Part shown: in pieces, positions 1-7,515 of the stretch
How positions within the stretch are numbered: position 1 is the stretch's first letter
Layout: each line of letters starts with the position of its first letter
Program-made: the position numbers and the translations under genes
Source of the DNA: Candidatus Methanospirareceae archaeon
GTDB lineage: Archaea > Halobacteriota > Syntropharchaeia > Alkanophagales > Methanospirareceae
Direction: 5' to 3'
Length of the DNA stretch: 60,523 nt
Assembly: GCA_049975405.1 (NCBI GenBank)
Contig: JBNGDK010000006.1
Coordinates: 1-60,523 of the forward strand
Notes under the pieces: generated by a model
What the model was told of the DNA's origin: nothing
What the model saw: only the letters and a program-made list of their open reading frames with translations
The model's database searches: none

Positions 1-188
1 CGAGCTGAGCGTCGAGGCAGGGCGCCGAACCAAGGAGCGCACGCCAGGATCAGGAATAGAAACGGAAGTTCAACGCCTAGACATCGAAAAAACTGATATT
101 GCTGCTCGCTAAAATCACGCGCGGGTATGAAGATAGAAGGAAGCGGTAACACTCAGAAGAAGGCATGGTCGATTCTTCACTCTGAGAT

Positions 189-1814
189 TTACACGAGCAC
201 GAGCGAGGCAGATACGTCTGCGCTCGTATCCGAGGCATCGTTCGAGACAAGCTTGATGCTCACCGCATCGCCCTGTGCCACAGCAACCTCGTGCACAGTA
301 TCTTCACCGGAGGTCGCGTTATCGAGCGTGCAGGTGATCGCCTTGTCCGCGCCGTTCACGCGGACGGTGTAAATGTCGGTGCGGCCGCCCGCGCCGGAAG
401 CTACGCGCTGCTGCACGTGCAGGTTGCGGAGAATCCCCGCACGCGGCACGCGCACGCTGATCTCGTTCGTCTGCGTGCTGCCGTTCCCGGGCGCGAGATA
501 TGAGGTGCCGTTGACGGTGATCGCGCCTAGGCACCCGAACTGCAGCAGGAGCTCGAATTGGTACGGATTGAACTGCGAAGCAGCGAACGCCGGCGTTGAG
601 CGGATCACGTGCCCACTGAGATCGCTGATGAGCGCGATCCCGCAGCCGAGGTAACTGGCATCTGCGATTGTATGCGATGCAACAACGCCGAGGTCGCTCC
701 AGGTTAGCCCGTAGTCAGTGCTCCGGAAAACGTGTTTGGTGTTGTCGCCGAGGATAACGATCCCGTTGCCGAGGTAAAGGAGGGCGTAGATATGCCCGGC
801 AGTTGCGCCGATATCAGTCCACGTGGCACCGTAATCGGTGCTCCGGAAGACATGGCCGTCGCCGTCGCCGATGAGCGCGATACCGTTACCGAGGTACACG
901 CTCGCCTGCACGAAACTGGAGGAACTCACCACGCCGAGATCGGTCCAGGTCGCGCCATAATCAGTGCTCCGGTGGATATGTGTTGTGTTTCCTGTACAGA
1001 TCGCGATCCCGTTCGTGAGGTAAGCGAGCGAGTAAACGTTGCCGGCAGTGATAACGCCGAGATCGGTCCAGGTCGCGCCATAATCAGTGGAGCGGAGGAT
1101 ATGCGTTCCCGCACCTGCTACAACGACACCGTCGCCGATGTATTCGATAGCGTAGATCGCGCCGCCTTCATCGCCAAGGTCCATATATGAGACCCCGTAA
1201 TCAGTGCTTCGGTAGATATGGCCAGTTTCGTCACCGAGTAGAACGATACCGTTGCCAGCGTGGCAGCCGGACGCGGGCGCAGAGCCGATCGCACCGAGAT
1301 CGGTCCACGTGGCACCGTAATCGGTGCTCCGGAAGACATGACCACCGAGATCAGCGAGCACTGCAGTACCATTGCCAAGCGCCACGATCGCCGATTCGTC
1401 AGTGGCGATCACGCCGAGGTCAGTCCACTGCAACCCGTAATCGGGCGTGCAGATCTCATCAACTGCGTGATGTTCCGAATGCTGCAGCACCGGTACCCGG
1501 GCATTGGCATCCAGTTTGAGCAGCTTGCTGGCGACATTGAAATCAGCAGAATTGAAATCCATGAGCGCATCCAGGTCACTCGCGGGAAACTCCGGGATGC
1601 CCAGAAGCGTACACACCTGGGCAGCTGTAAGCGCTGCAACGTTGCCGCCGGTGATGCGCCCTACCAGCCGCTGCTCGGGGATCACGAGCGCGGCAGGCGA
1701 GTTGTCCAGGATTGCAGCAAGGATAGACTGAGCATCGAAGAGCTCCTTGAGCATGACGTCGCTGGAGAGCCGTGGGAAATCGAAATTCGGTCTTTGTACC
1801 ACTCTTCTTCCCAT
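189..1814 (-). CDS. Asp-box (BNR) seven-bladed beta-propeller protein with a distinct ~136-aa C-terminal beta-rich domain; no signal peptide (virus-like receptor-binding/fibre candidate)
   Basis: ORF 189..1931. Seven ~41-43 aa units each carry xRSTDYGATWTDLG, matching the SxDxGxTW Asp-box. Start placed at the internal ATG 1814 (MGRRVV), 20 nt after the upstream stop; the alternative start 1931 would overlap the upstream ORF by 97 nt. Confidence 0.75.
   Translation of the reverse strand: MGRRVVQRPNFDFPRLSSDVMLKELFDAQSILAAILDNSPAALVIPEQRLVGRITGGNVAALTAAQVCTLLGIPEFPASDLDALMDFNSADFNVASKLLKLDANARVPVLQHSEHHAVDEICTPDYGLQWTDLGVIATDESAIVALGNGTAVLADLGGHVFRSTDYGATWTDLGAIGSAPASGCHAGNGIVLLGDETGHIYRSTDYGVSYMDLGDEGGAIYAIEYIGDGVVVAGAGTHILRSTDYGATWTDLGVITAGNVYSLAYLTNGIAICTGNTTHIHRSTDYGATWTDLGVVSSSSFVQASVYLGNGIALIGDGDGHVFRSTDYGATWTDIGATAGHIYALLYLGNGIVILGDNTKHVFRSTDYGLTWSDLGVVASHTIADASYLGCGIALISDLSGHVIRSTPAFAASQFNPYQFELLLQFGCLGAITVNGTSYLAPGNGSTQTNEISVRVPRAGILRNLHVQQRVASGAGGRTDIYTVRVNGADKAITCTLDNATSGEDTVHEVAVAQGDAVSIKLVSNDASDTSADVSASLVLV
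600..1445 (-). repeat. In-frame tandem blade repeats (period ~123-129 nt) inside the propeller gene
   Basis: Seven Asp-box units. Identical 36-mers acgccgagatcggtccaggtcgcgccataatcagtg lie at 931-966 and 1054-1089, exactly 41 codons apart. Confidence 0.9.
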
Positions 1815-1834
1815 TTTCTTCACTTGCCTTCTTA

Positions 1835-2182
1835 CTACAGCGATTTGAGATACGTCACGGTCCGCGGATCTTCCAGGATGTTCAGGCTGCGTTCGGCGGA
1901 GTACCAAAGCAATGTTGCGGAAGCGCCGCATTCAGGCAGCGAGGCGAACGCGGTGGGATCATAGATGAGACAAAGGTAAGCGGCGAGATCGGTGCAGCAC
2001 TGGCGGACGATCGCGTGCTTCACGGGATCGAACGATGCTTTGAGCGAATCGCGCATGACCGCGTCGATGGTGCCTTCTGCCTCATAGATGTTCTCCTCGA
2101 TATCGGCATCGAGGAGCCCGAGGCTGCTGACAACCTTGAGCCTCTTCTTCACGAGCGCGGTGGTGGAATATGTTACAGCCAT
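1835..2182 (-). CDS. Small helical protein (115 aa), paralogue of the 4762..5145 product; resembles the phage gp6-like head-tail connector/adaptor by eye
   Basis: N-terminal pattern TT.LVKKRL...D.DIEE.I.EAE..ID. Shares the core CTDLAAYLCLIY with CTDRCAARAIIYI of the paralogue. It sits 11 nt downstream of the preceding gene and directly upstream of a propeller gene. Confidence 0.5.
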   Translation of the reverse strand: MAVTYSTTALVKKRLKVVSSLGLLDADIEENIYEAEGTIDAVMRDSLKASFDPVKHAIVRQCCTDLAAYLCLIYDPTAFASLPECGASATLLWYSAERSLNILEDPRTVTYLKSL

Positions 2183-2193
2183 TCAGTCGTGCA

Positions 2194-2892
2194 CTATGAG
2201 CTTTCGAGCTTGATTGCGAACTGGTTATTCTCGTACCCGCTTGCAGCGGCGTCCACTATTCGTTTGATCCAGAGCCCTTTGTACTCGTTCTCCGCGATAT
2301 CGCCGAGCGACAGCCCGGTCGCTTTCGTGGTGGGCGAAGCGAACATGAGGCACACGTCAACGCCTGCCACATTAACGGCCTTTCCCTCGCCTGTGGTGCC
2401 CCCGTAATCGTCCGCGAGCGTAAGATGCGTATCGTCCGTGATCGAGAGGATGGCGGTCGCCTTGCTTTCATCGTCGTCGGTCGAGTTGTAGATGCACTCG
2501 CCCGGCGCGAGCTCGGTAAGGAAGGCGGTGCCCACGCCTACAACTGGCTGTCCGGCAACGAAGGTGGCCGTGCCGGTAAGCGCAGCGGGCGTGGAGACTT
2601 TCGATTTCGTAGCGGCACGCAGGATCTTGATTTCATCATCTGGCGAGAGCGTGAGCTGCGAGATCCATGCTACGACCGCAGCCCAGGTCTCTTCGTTCTC
2701 GTTACGGACGAAGATCTTGCGGTAATCGGTATCGCCTGCAACGCGTTCAGCGTTCGTTATGTCGTCGAAGATATTCTGCTCGATCTTGGAGAGACTGATC
2801 TCGTTTGCGAGATCGATATCGCCGCCGTGCTCATCGCCTTCGTTCCAGAATGCGCACTGGTAGACTTTCAGGTTGCTTGCATCGAAGGTCAT
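2194..2892 (-). CDS. Hypothetical protein (232 aa), no signal peptide; candidate structural protein of the cluster
   Basis: Long ORF co-directional with the cluster. ATG 2892 is preceded by the TATA-like TTCTTAAA ending 24 nt upstream on the minus strand. No motif recognised with certainty. Confidence 0.6.
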   Translation of the reverse strand: MTFDASNLKVYQCAFWNEGDEHGGDIDLANEISLSKIEQNIFDDITNAERVAGDTDYRKIFVRNENEETWAAVVAWISQLTLSPDDEIKILRAATKSKVSTPAALTGTATFVAGQPVVGVGTAFLTELAPGECIYNSTDDDESKATAILSITDDTHLTLADDYGGTTGEGKAVNVAGVDVCLMFASPTTKATGLSLGDIAENEYKGLWIKRIVDAAASGYENNQFAIKLESS

Positions 2893-2950
2893 GATGAAGG
2901 GTGGGACGCTAGTGCGTTTAAGAAGAGCTAGCTCGAAAACTCATTGGTCT

Positions 2951-3004
2951 CCTATCCCTATCCTATCCTATCCTATCCTATCCTATCCTATCCTATCCTA
3001 TCCT
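2951..3004. repeat. Pentanucleotide microsatellite (TCCTA)n, ~10 units; (TAGGA)n on the coding strand of the flanking genes
   Basis: Read directly: cctat cccta then 8 perfect tccta (2961-3000) plus tcct. Intergenic, 59-113 nt upstream of ATG 2892. Confidence 0.97.
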
Positions 3005-3073
3005 GTTTGTTATTGCCGAGCACGAGCGGCAGTCTCGTCCTAATCATCCTCCGCCGGGCGGATGCACTGCTAT

Positions 3074-4756
3074 CTAGGTGGAGGTACCCGAAGTGGTGGC
3101 AGAGACCTGCGAAGAGAACGCTCCCGCATTCCCGTCCGGATCGACCGCGCGGACCTTGAAATAATACGTGGTGTCGGTGTCCAGGTCGCGATTGCGGAAT
3201 GAGTTCGTTTGCGCGATAGCGACGAAGTTGCTTGAAGCGGGTATGAAGTCGGTCGTTGTGGAACGGTAAATCTCGAAATAATCTGCGTCCGCAGGATCGA
3301 GCGCATTCCAGTGCAGTACGACGGCGTCGGGCGCGATGAATTCCACACGCAGCCCGGAGATTGCGGTGGGCGCTAAGAGATCGTAAGAGGCAGGCACGGA
3401 CAGGCTGAACAGTTCTTCACTGATGTCATATTCGGAGCTGATCAGGAGCGTCCCGGATTCTGGTATGGGGATGTTGTAAGATGCAGGCACAACGAGGCTG
3501 AAGAGCTCCTCCGCAATATCGTAACTGGAGCCTACGAGTAGCGCGGTGAGGGTTCTGATATCGTATTCGCAGCTGACGGTTATGCTCGGCATGAACCGTT
3601 CGAGCCCGAGCTCCATGTAGATCGGGTTGCCATTGATGTACTGGATCTTGGAATTGGAAACGAGCGTGAACGATTTGTCTTTGAAGGTGAGCAATTCGTC
3701 GAGCACGAGGTTCTCTGCGGGATCGGTATAAACAACGGCATCGCCGGGCGCCAATTTGACATCGAGCAGTTGCTTCGCAGATTGTAGCGGCACGTAGATC
3801 CCTTTGAAGCTGAAGCCTGTGGAGCGCAGGATGTGGCCGTGGTTATCGCCGATGACCACGGTGCCATGCCCGAGGAAGGCCGAATCGAAGATGGGCGAGG
3901 AAGCGATGACGCCGAGATCGGACCAGGAGTGCCCGTAATCGATGCTGCGGAAGATATGCCCGCCGCCGTCTGTAACGATAACGGATCCCGATTCGAGATT
4001 GGTGAATGAGGACCCGTAGGAGCTGAGGATCTCACCGAGGTCAGTCCATGCCGCGCCGTCGTTGCTGCTCCGCCAGAGATGGCCGTCCACGCAGCAGACG
4101 AGTGCGATCCCGTTACCCAGGTACACTGCGTCTTCGATACCGCCCGCGGTGATGACGCCGAGATCGGTCCACGTGGCACCATAATCAGTACTGCGGAAGA
4201 TATGCTTCGCGGAATCGCCGATGATCGCGATGCCGCCCCCAAAGTACGCGCCGGCGTAGATGTTGCCCGTTGAGATGACCCCGAGATCGGTCCAGGTCGC
4301 GCCGTAATCGGTGCTGCGGAAGATACGGCCGGCATTATTGCCGGCGATCACGATACCGTCTCCGAGATTGAGCAGGAGGTAGAAAGCAATGCCTTGATCC
4401 CCGAGGTCGGTCCACGTGGCGCCGTAATCAGTGCTGCGGAAGATGCGGCCCGATTCGTCTGCGAGCAGCGCGATACCGTTACTGATATACGCGCCACTGG
4501 TTGCGGATAGAGTCATGATCTCGCCGAGATCGGTCCATGTGGCGCCGTAATCGGTCGTACGATAAACGTGCGAGCCGCAATGATGGTCAGCGAGGACCGC
4601 GATGCCATGACCGAGTGAGACGAGTACCTCAGCCTCGTCCCCGTCCGCCGTGATCACACCGAGGTCCGTCCACTCCAGTCCGTGATCTCCCGTAGTGAGG
4701 ATCTCAGAACCGAACTCGTAGAGGAGCGCGATGAAATCGCCTTTGTCTATGTTCAT
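3074..4756 (-). CDS. Asp-box (BNR) seven-bladed beta-propeller protein with C-terminal repeat region and fibronectin type III-like domain; no signal peptide
   Basis: 560-aa ORF. Seven units with FRSTDYGATWTDLG-type Asp-boxes. The C-terminus, LRVEF..VVLHWN..YFEIYRS...YYFKVRAVD..GN.G, is typical of FN3. Start is 5 nt after the upstream stop. Confidence 0.85.
   Translation of the reverse strand: MNIDKGDFIALLYEFGSEILTTGDHGLEWTDLGVITADGDEAEVLVSLGHGIAVLADHHCGSHVYRTTDYGATWTDLGEIMTLSATSGAYISNGIALLADESGRIFRSTDYGATWTDLGDQGIAFYLLLNLGDGIVIAGNNAGRIFRSTDYGATWTDLGVISTGNIYAGAYFGGGIAIIGDSAKHIFRSTDYGATWTDLGVITAGGIEDAVYLGNGIALVCCVDGHLWRSSNDGAAWTDLGEILSSYGSSFTNLESGSVIVTDGGGHIFRSIDYGHSWSDLGVIASSPIFDSAFLGHGTVVIGDNHGHILRSTGFSFKGIYVPLQSAKQLLDVKLAPGDAVVYTDPAENLVLDELLTFKDKSFTLVSNSKIQYINGNPIYMELGLERFMPSITVSCEYDIRTLTALLVGSSYDIAEELFSLVVPASYNIPIPESGTLLISSEYDISEELFSLSVPASYDLLAPTAISGLRVEFIAPDAVVLHWNALDPADADYFEIYRSTTTDFIPASSNFVAIAQTNSFRNRDLDTDTTYYFKVRAVDPDGNAGAFSSQVSATTSGTST
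3383..3532 (-). repeat. Tandem ~93-nt (31-codon) duplication in the C-terminal part of the propeller/FN3 gene
   Basis: Protein repeats SSYDIAEELFSLVVPASYN... and SSEYDISEELFSLSVPASYD.... The DNA units start at about 3383 and 3476. Confidence 0.7.
3818..4690 (-). repeat. In-frame tandem blade repeats inside the second propeller gene
   Basis: Seven Asp-box units. The 23-mer ccgagatcggtccaggtcgcgcc at 4281-4303 is identical to 934-956 in the other propeller gene. Confidence 0.9.
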
Positions 4757-4761
4757 TTATT

Positions 4762-5145
4762 TCATAGTGTCGATGAGCGTGGCCGTAGCCCAGGAGCGGG
4801 AGTAAGTAATACGAGCTGCTCTTCCGCGCGCGTCCAGAGTGATTGCGCGATCCGGAGCTTTGTGTATGCAGGATCGGTCTTATCGATCCGGAGCTCGTCG
4901 ATCGAGTAGTTGATGCCCGCGGACGGTACCCAGATATAGATGATGGCTCGTGCTGCGCATCTGTCCGTGCAGATAGAGCGTGCGAGCGCGTATAGAGCGT
5001 CAGCTTCAGCGAATGTCGTTTGTGCAAAGGCCTCGATATATGCCTGCTCGTCCGCGATGAGCTCGTTCAGCACATCGTCTGAGATCTCCGATGCGGTTGC
5101 CTGGATGCGATTGCGGACTCGTTCAGGAGTCGTGATAGCCACCAT
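4762..5145 (-). CDS. Small helical protein (127 aa), paralogue of the 1835..2182 product; phage gp6-like connector/adaptor resemblance
   Basis: N-terminus TTPERVRNRIQ....ISDDVLNELIADEQAYIEAF, a pattern typical of head-tail adaptor families. Its stop lies 5 nt before the propeller gene start. Confidence 0.5.
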   Translation of the reverse strand: MVAITTPERVRNRIQATASEISDDVLNELIADEQAYIEAFAQTTFAEADALYALARSICTDRCAARAIIYIWVPSAGINYSIDELRIDKTDPAYTKLRIAQSLWTRAEEQLVLLTPAPGLRPRSSTL

Positions 5146-5257
5146 GATGAAGCATTCAAGCTCAGCGCGTTTAAGGCGGCTCTTATGACGGTAATTCCAA
5201 AGCTATAAAGTACCGAATAGCGGATCCACCGCTCACTAAATGCCGCCTCGATACTAT

Positions 5258-5368
5258 TTAAAAGCCTGCAGTGGCACATGAAAAATCACAATCAAAGCCA
5301 CAAAGCTCACAAAACTTCTTCAGCTGAGCCAACAACATATGGAGATGTAGCACCTCCTCTTTTTTCAT
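5258..5368 (-). CDS. Possible leaderless small ORF (36 aa, Cys-rich C-terminus)
   Basis: Manual translation gives MKKEEVLHLHMLLAQLKKFCELCGFDCDFSCATAGF. A consensus TATA sits 24 nt upstream. The N-terminus is reminiscent of archaeal UPF0058-type small proteins, from memory only. Confidence 0.25.
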   Translation of the reverse strand: MKKEEVLHLHMLLAQLKKFCELCGFDCDFSCATAGF

Positions 5369-5392
5369 ATAAGTAATTTTCTACTTCTCCGT

Positions 5393-5400
5393 ATATAAAT
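5393..5400 (-). promoter_or_regulatory. TATA box (TTTATATA on the minus strand)
   Basis: Forward tataaa(t) context gtatataaat. Lies 24 nt upstream of ATG 5368, spacing that fits a leaderless archaeal transcript. Confidence 0.35.
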
Positions 5401-5650
5401 ACGTTCATAGAAGTACATGCAAGGATGTCGCTGTCGCTTAAAGGACAGATATGCTCAACGTTGAACAATTTATCGCCGTGTGAGCTCTATCAATGCACAT
5501 CCCTGAACATGGTCGGCGCCACTGAATAGGCCCCAACGATGCTTTCGTCGGGCTCCAGCTAATACGCACGCTCGCCGTTTGATGATGTATATCCCGGTAG
5601 GTGTTGAAGGCGATCTTTATGATCTTTAGTTCGCGCCTTTTTGTGCCTAT

Positions 5651-6538
5651 CTACACCATCCCCAACCCCTTCAGTACCGCGCGCAACTTCTCCACGTTGC
5701 TCTCGCTTAGCGGCGCAAGCGGCAGCCGCACGTTACCAGCAGGCAGCCCCATCAGCTCCGCCGCCTTCTTTACCGGTATGGGGTTGGTCTCCAGAAACAT
5801 CGCGTCAAAAAGCGGATAGAGCCTGAGGGAAATCTCCTGGGCTTTATCGAGGTCGCTACTGGCCATTGCGGTTACCATCGCGCTCATCGCTTTCGGTACG
5901 ATATTCGCCGCGACGGAGATCACGCCCTTGCCGCCCAGACTCATGATCGGTAGCGTAAGGAAATCGTCACCGGCCATCACGCTGTAATCCAGCCCTTGCT
6001 CCGCAGCCATCTGGATGATCGTGCCGACCTGCTTCAGATCGCCCGAGGCCTCCTTTACCGCCTTCAGGTTCGGCACCTCAGCTGCAAGCTCGATCTGCGT
6101 TTGGGCACTGATGTTCTGGCCCGTACGCGAGGGGATATTGTAGAGAATGAGGGGGATATCAACCGCATCGCCAATTCGCTTGAAATGTGCCTTCAAGCCC
6201 TTCACGTTCGGTTTATTGTAATAGGGGGTGATGAGCAAACAGGCAGCCGCACCGACGTCTGCAGCGTGCTTCGTGAGCTCGACCGCCTCGTGCGTGTTGT
6301 TCGAACCGGTGCCAGCAATCACGGGTACCGTCGCCGCATCAATCACCACTTCGATCACGTTCTTATGCTCTTCATGCGAAAGCGTTGCTGATTCGCCGGT
6401 CGTGCCACAGGGAACGATGCCCGAAACACCACCCTCGATCGTAAACTCCACAAGCCGCCGTAAGCCGCCCTCGTCTATGCTATCCGTCTTCGTAAACGGG
6501 GTGATAAGCGCAGGATACACTCCCTCTATCTTCAACAT
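5651..6538 (-). CDS. dapA: 4-hydroxy-tetrahydrodipicolinate synthase
   Basis: GVYPALITPF...GIVPCGTTGESATLSHEEH and full-length DapA/DHDPS-like sequence. Confidence 0.9.
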   Translation of the reverse strand: MLKIEGVYPALITPFTKTDSIDEGGLRRLVEFTIEGGVSGIVPCGTTGESATLSHEEHKNVIEVVIDAATVPVIAGTGSNNTHEAVELTKHAADVGAAACLLITPYYNKPNVKGLKAHFKRIGDAVDIPLILYNIPSRTGQNISAQTQIELAAEVPNLKAVKEASGDLKQVGTIIQMAAEQGLDYSVMAGDDFLTLPIMSLGGKGVISVAANIVPKAMSAMVTAMASSDLDKAQEISLRLYPLFDAMFLETNPIPVKKAAELMGLPAGNVRLPLAPLSESNVEKLRAVLKGLGMV

Positions 6539-6545
6539 CGCGCTC

Positions 6546-6740
6546 TTACTCCACTTTACTCTCTTTTACTTTCTTATGCGTTATATATCCTGCTACTCTG
6601 TTCCGCACCGCTTTGCTGCCGATGTTGGTGTACTGCTCAACAAGCTGTTTATTAAGCTCAAAATCGGCGGTGAAGTCGGGCACTTGTTTCAGCAATTGCT
6701 TTGCCAGACTCTTGATATAGGTTGGTTTTATCGCTCCCAC
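6546..6740 (-). CDS. rps17e: 30S ribosomal protein S17e
   Basis: MGAIKPTYIKSLAKQLL...FELNKQLVEQYT...RNRVAGYIT matches the archaeal eS17 pattern. Confidence 0.9.
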   Translation of the reverse strand: MGAIKPTYIKSLAKQLLKQVPDFTADFELNKQLVEQYTNIGSKAVRNRVAGYITHKKVKESKVE

Positions 6741-6745
6741 TGCGT

Positions 6746-6976
6746 TTATTCACTCCCTTCTTCGCTGCTCTCTGCTTCCCAGTTCTCGAACTCCTCGCTC
6801 TTCTCACGCATCGCAGTCACACCGATCATCACCAATAACGCGCCGAAAAAGAGCACTACCAACGGAATAAAACCCAAAAGAACGCCCAAAACCTCGTCAA
6901 GGAAATACCAGATCCCCACCAGACCGAAGGCGGTCAGGACCAGCCCAACAAGAAGCTCGCGAAATCCCCCTTTCAT
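6746..6976 (-). CDS. Small membrane protein (76 aa, two TM helices, acidic tail)
   Basis: Internal ATG 6976 (MKGGFRELLVGLVL...) avoids overlap with rps15. Two hydrophobic segments. Confidence 0.5.
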   Translation of the reverse strand: MKGGFRELLVGLVLTAFGLVGIWYFLDEVLGVLLGFIPLVVLFFGALLVMIGVTAMREKSEEFENWEAESSEEGSE

Positions 6977-6995
6977 GTCATGCTCGCTCCTCTCA

Positions 6996-7466
6996 TTACC
7001 CCCGCATGAGTACCTCGGCGGTCTCTGGCTTATATTTCCAATCCGCGGGCAGGACTTTCGCACGTCGATAATACTTCGCCAGTCGCCGGATCTTGGATTC
7101 TGTGAGCTGTAAAGCGCGCTTATTGTGAATATCCCGTTTGTTTATATCGAGATGCTTTCGGATTCGCAGCGCTTTCCGCATCAAGTTCTGGATATCCTCG
7201 GGAAGCTTACTTGCGCGCTCTTGCTCCTTCAAAATGCTCGTTATCCGCTTCCCTGTTACCAGCGGAACACTGGGCACACTATAGTTATCTCGTAATCGAA
7301 TGCCAATCTCGCTCGATGAGAGTCCCTGATTGCGGAACTCAACCACCTTACTCTCAACCTCCTCTGAACTCAGCTCGACCCAATCAGGTGCCTCCTGCTT
7401 GAGCCGCATGCTGAACGGTCGCTTCGAGCCCGATCTTCCTCGCCTCCGCGCGTATATCCGTGCCAT
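6996..7466 (-). CDS. rps15: 30S ribosomal protein S15 (uS15/S13e type)
   Basis: MARIYARRRGRSGSKRP...SEIGIRLRD...LESKIRRLAKYY. Start set at ATG 7466. Confidence 0.9.
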   Translation of the reverse strand: MARIYARRRGRSGSKRPFSMRLKQEAPDWVELSSEEVESKVVEFRNQGLSSSEIGIRLRDNYSVPSVPLVTGKRITSILKEQERASKLPEDIQNLMRKALRIRKHLDINKRDIHNKRALQLTESKIRRLAKYYRRAKVLPADWKYKPETAEVLMRG

Positions 7467-7515
7467 GTTCCCTCTCTGAAAGCCTCTGCCCAAACTTTGC
7501 TTAGTTTACTTTACG

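Noticed and set aside
732-1964. Plus-strand ORFs 732..1190, 1187..1519 and 1260..1964 (and likewise 3580..4335 and 4079..4273) inside the propeller genes
   Set aside because: They are antisense or off-frame shadows of the strongly repetitive, GC-rich propeller genes. Their translations are Arg/Ala/Pro-rich low complexity with no motifs. The minus-strand frames carry clear Asp-box repeats.
2944-3159. ORF encoding MVSYPYPILSYPILSYPILS...
   Set aside because: An artefact of translating the (TCCTA)n microsatellite. It runs antisense into the end of the FN3 gene.
6228-7112. 294-aa plus-strand ORF spanning dapA, rps17e and the membrane-protein gene
   Set aside because: It is antisense to three well-supported minus-strand genes and has a low-complexity Ser/Pro-rich translation.
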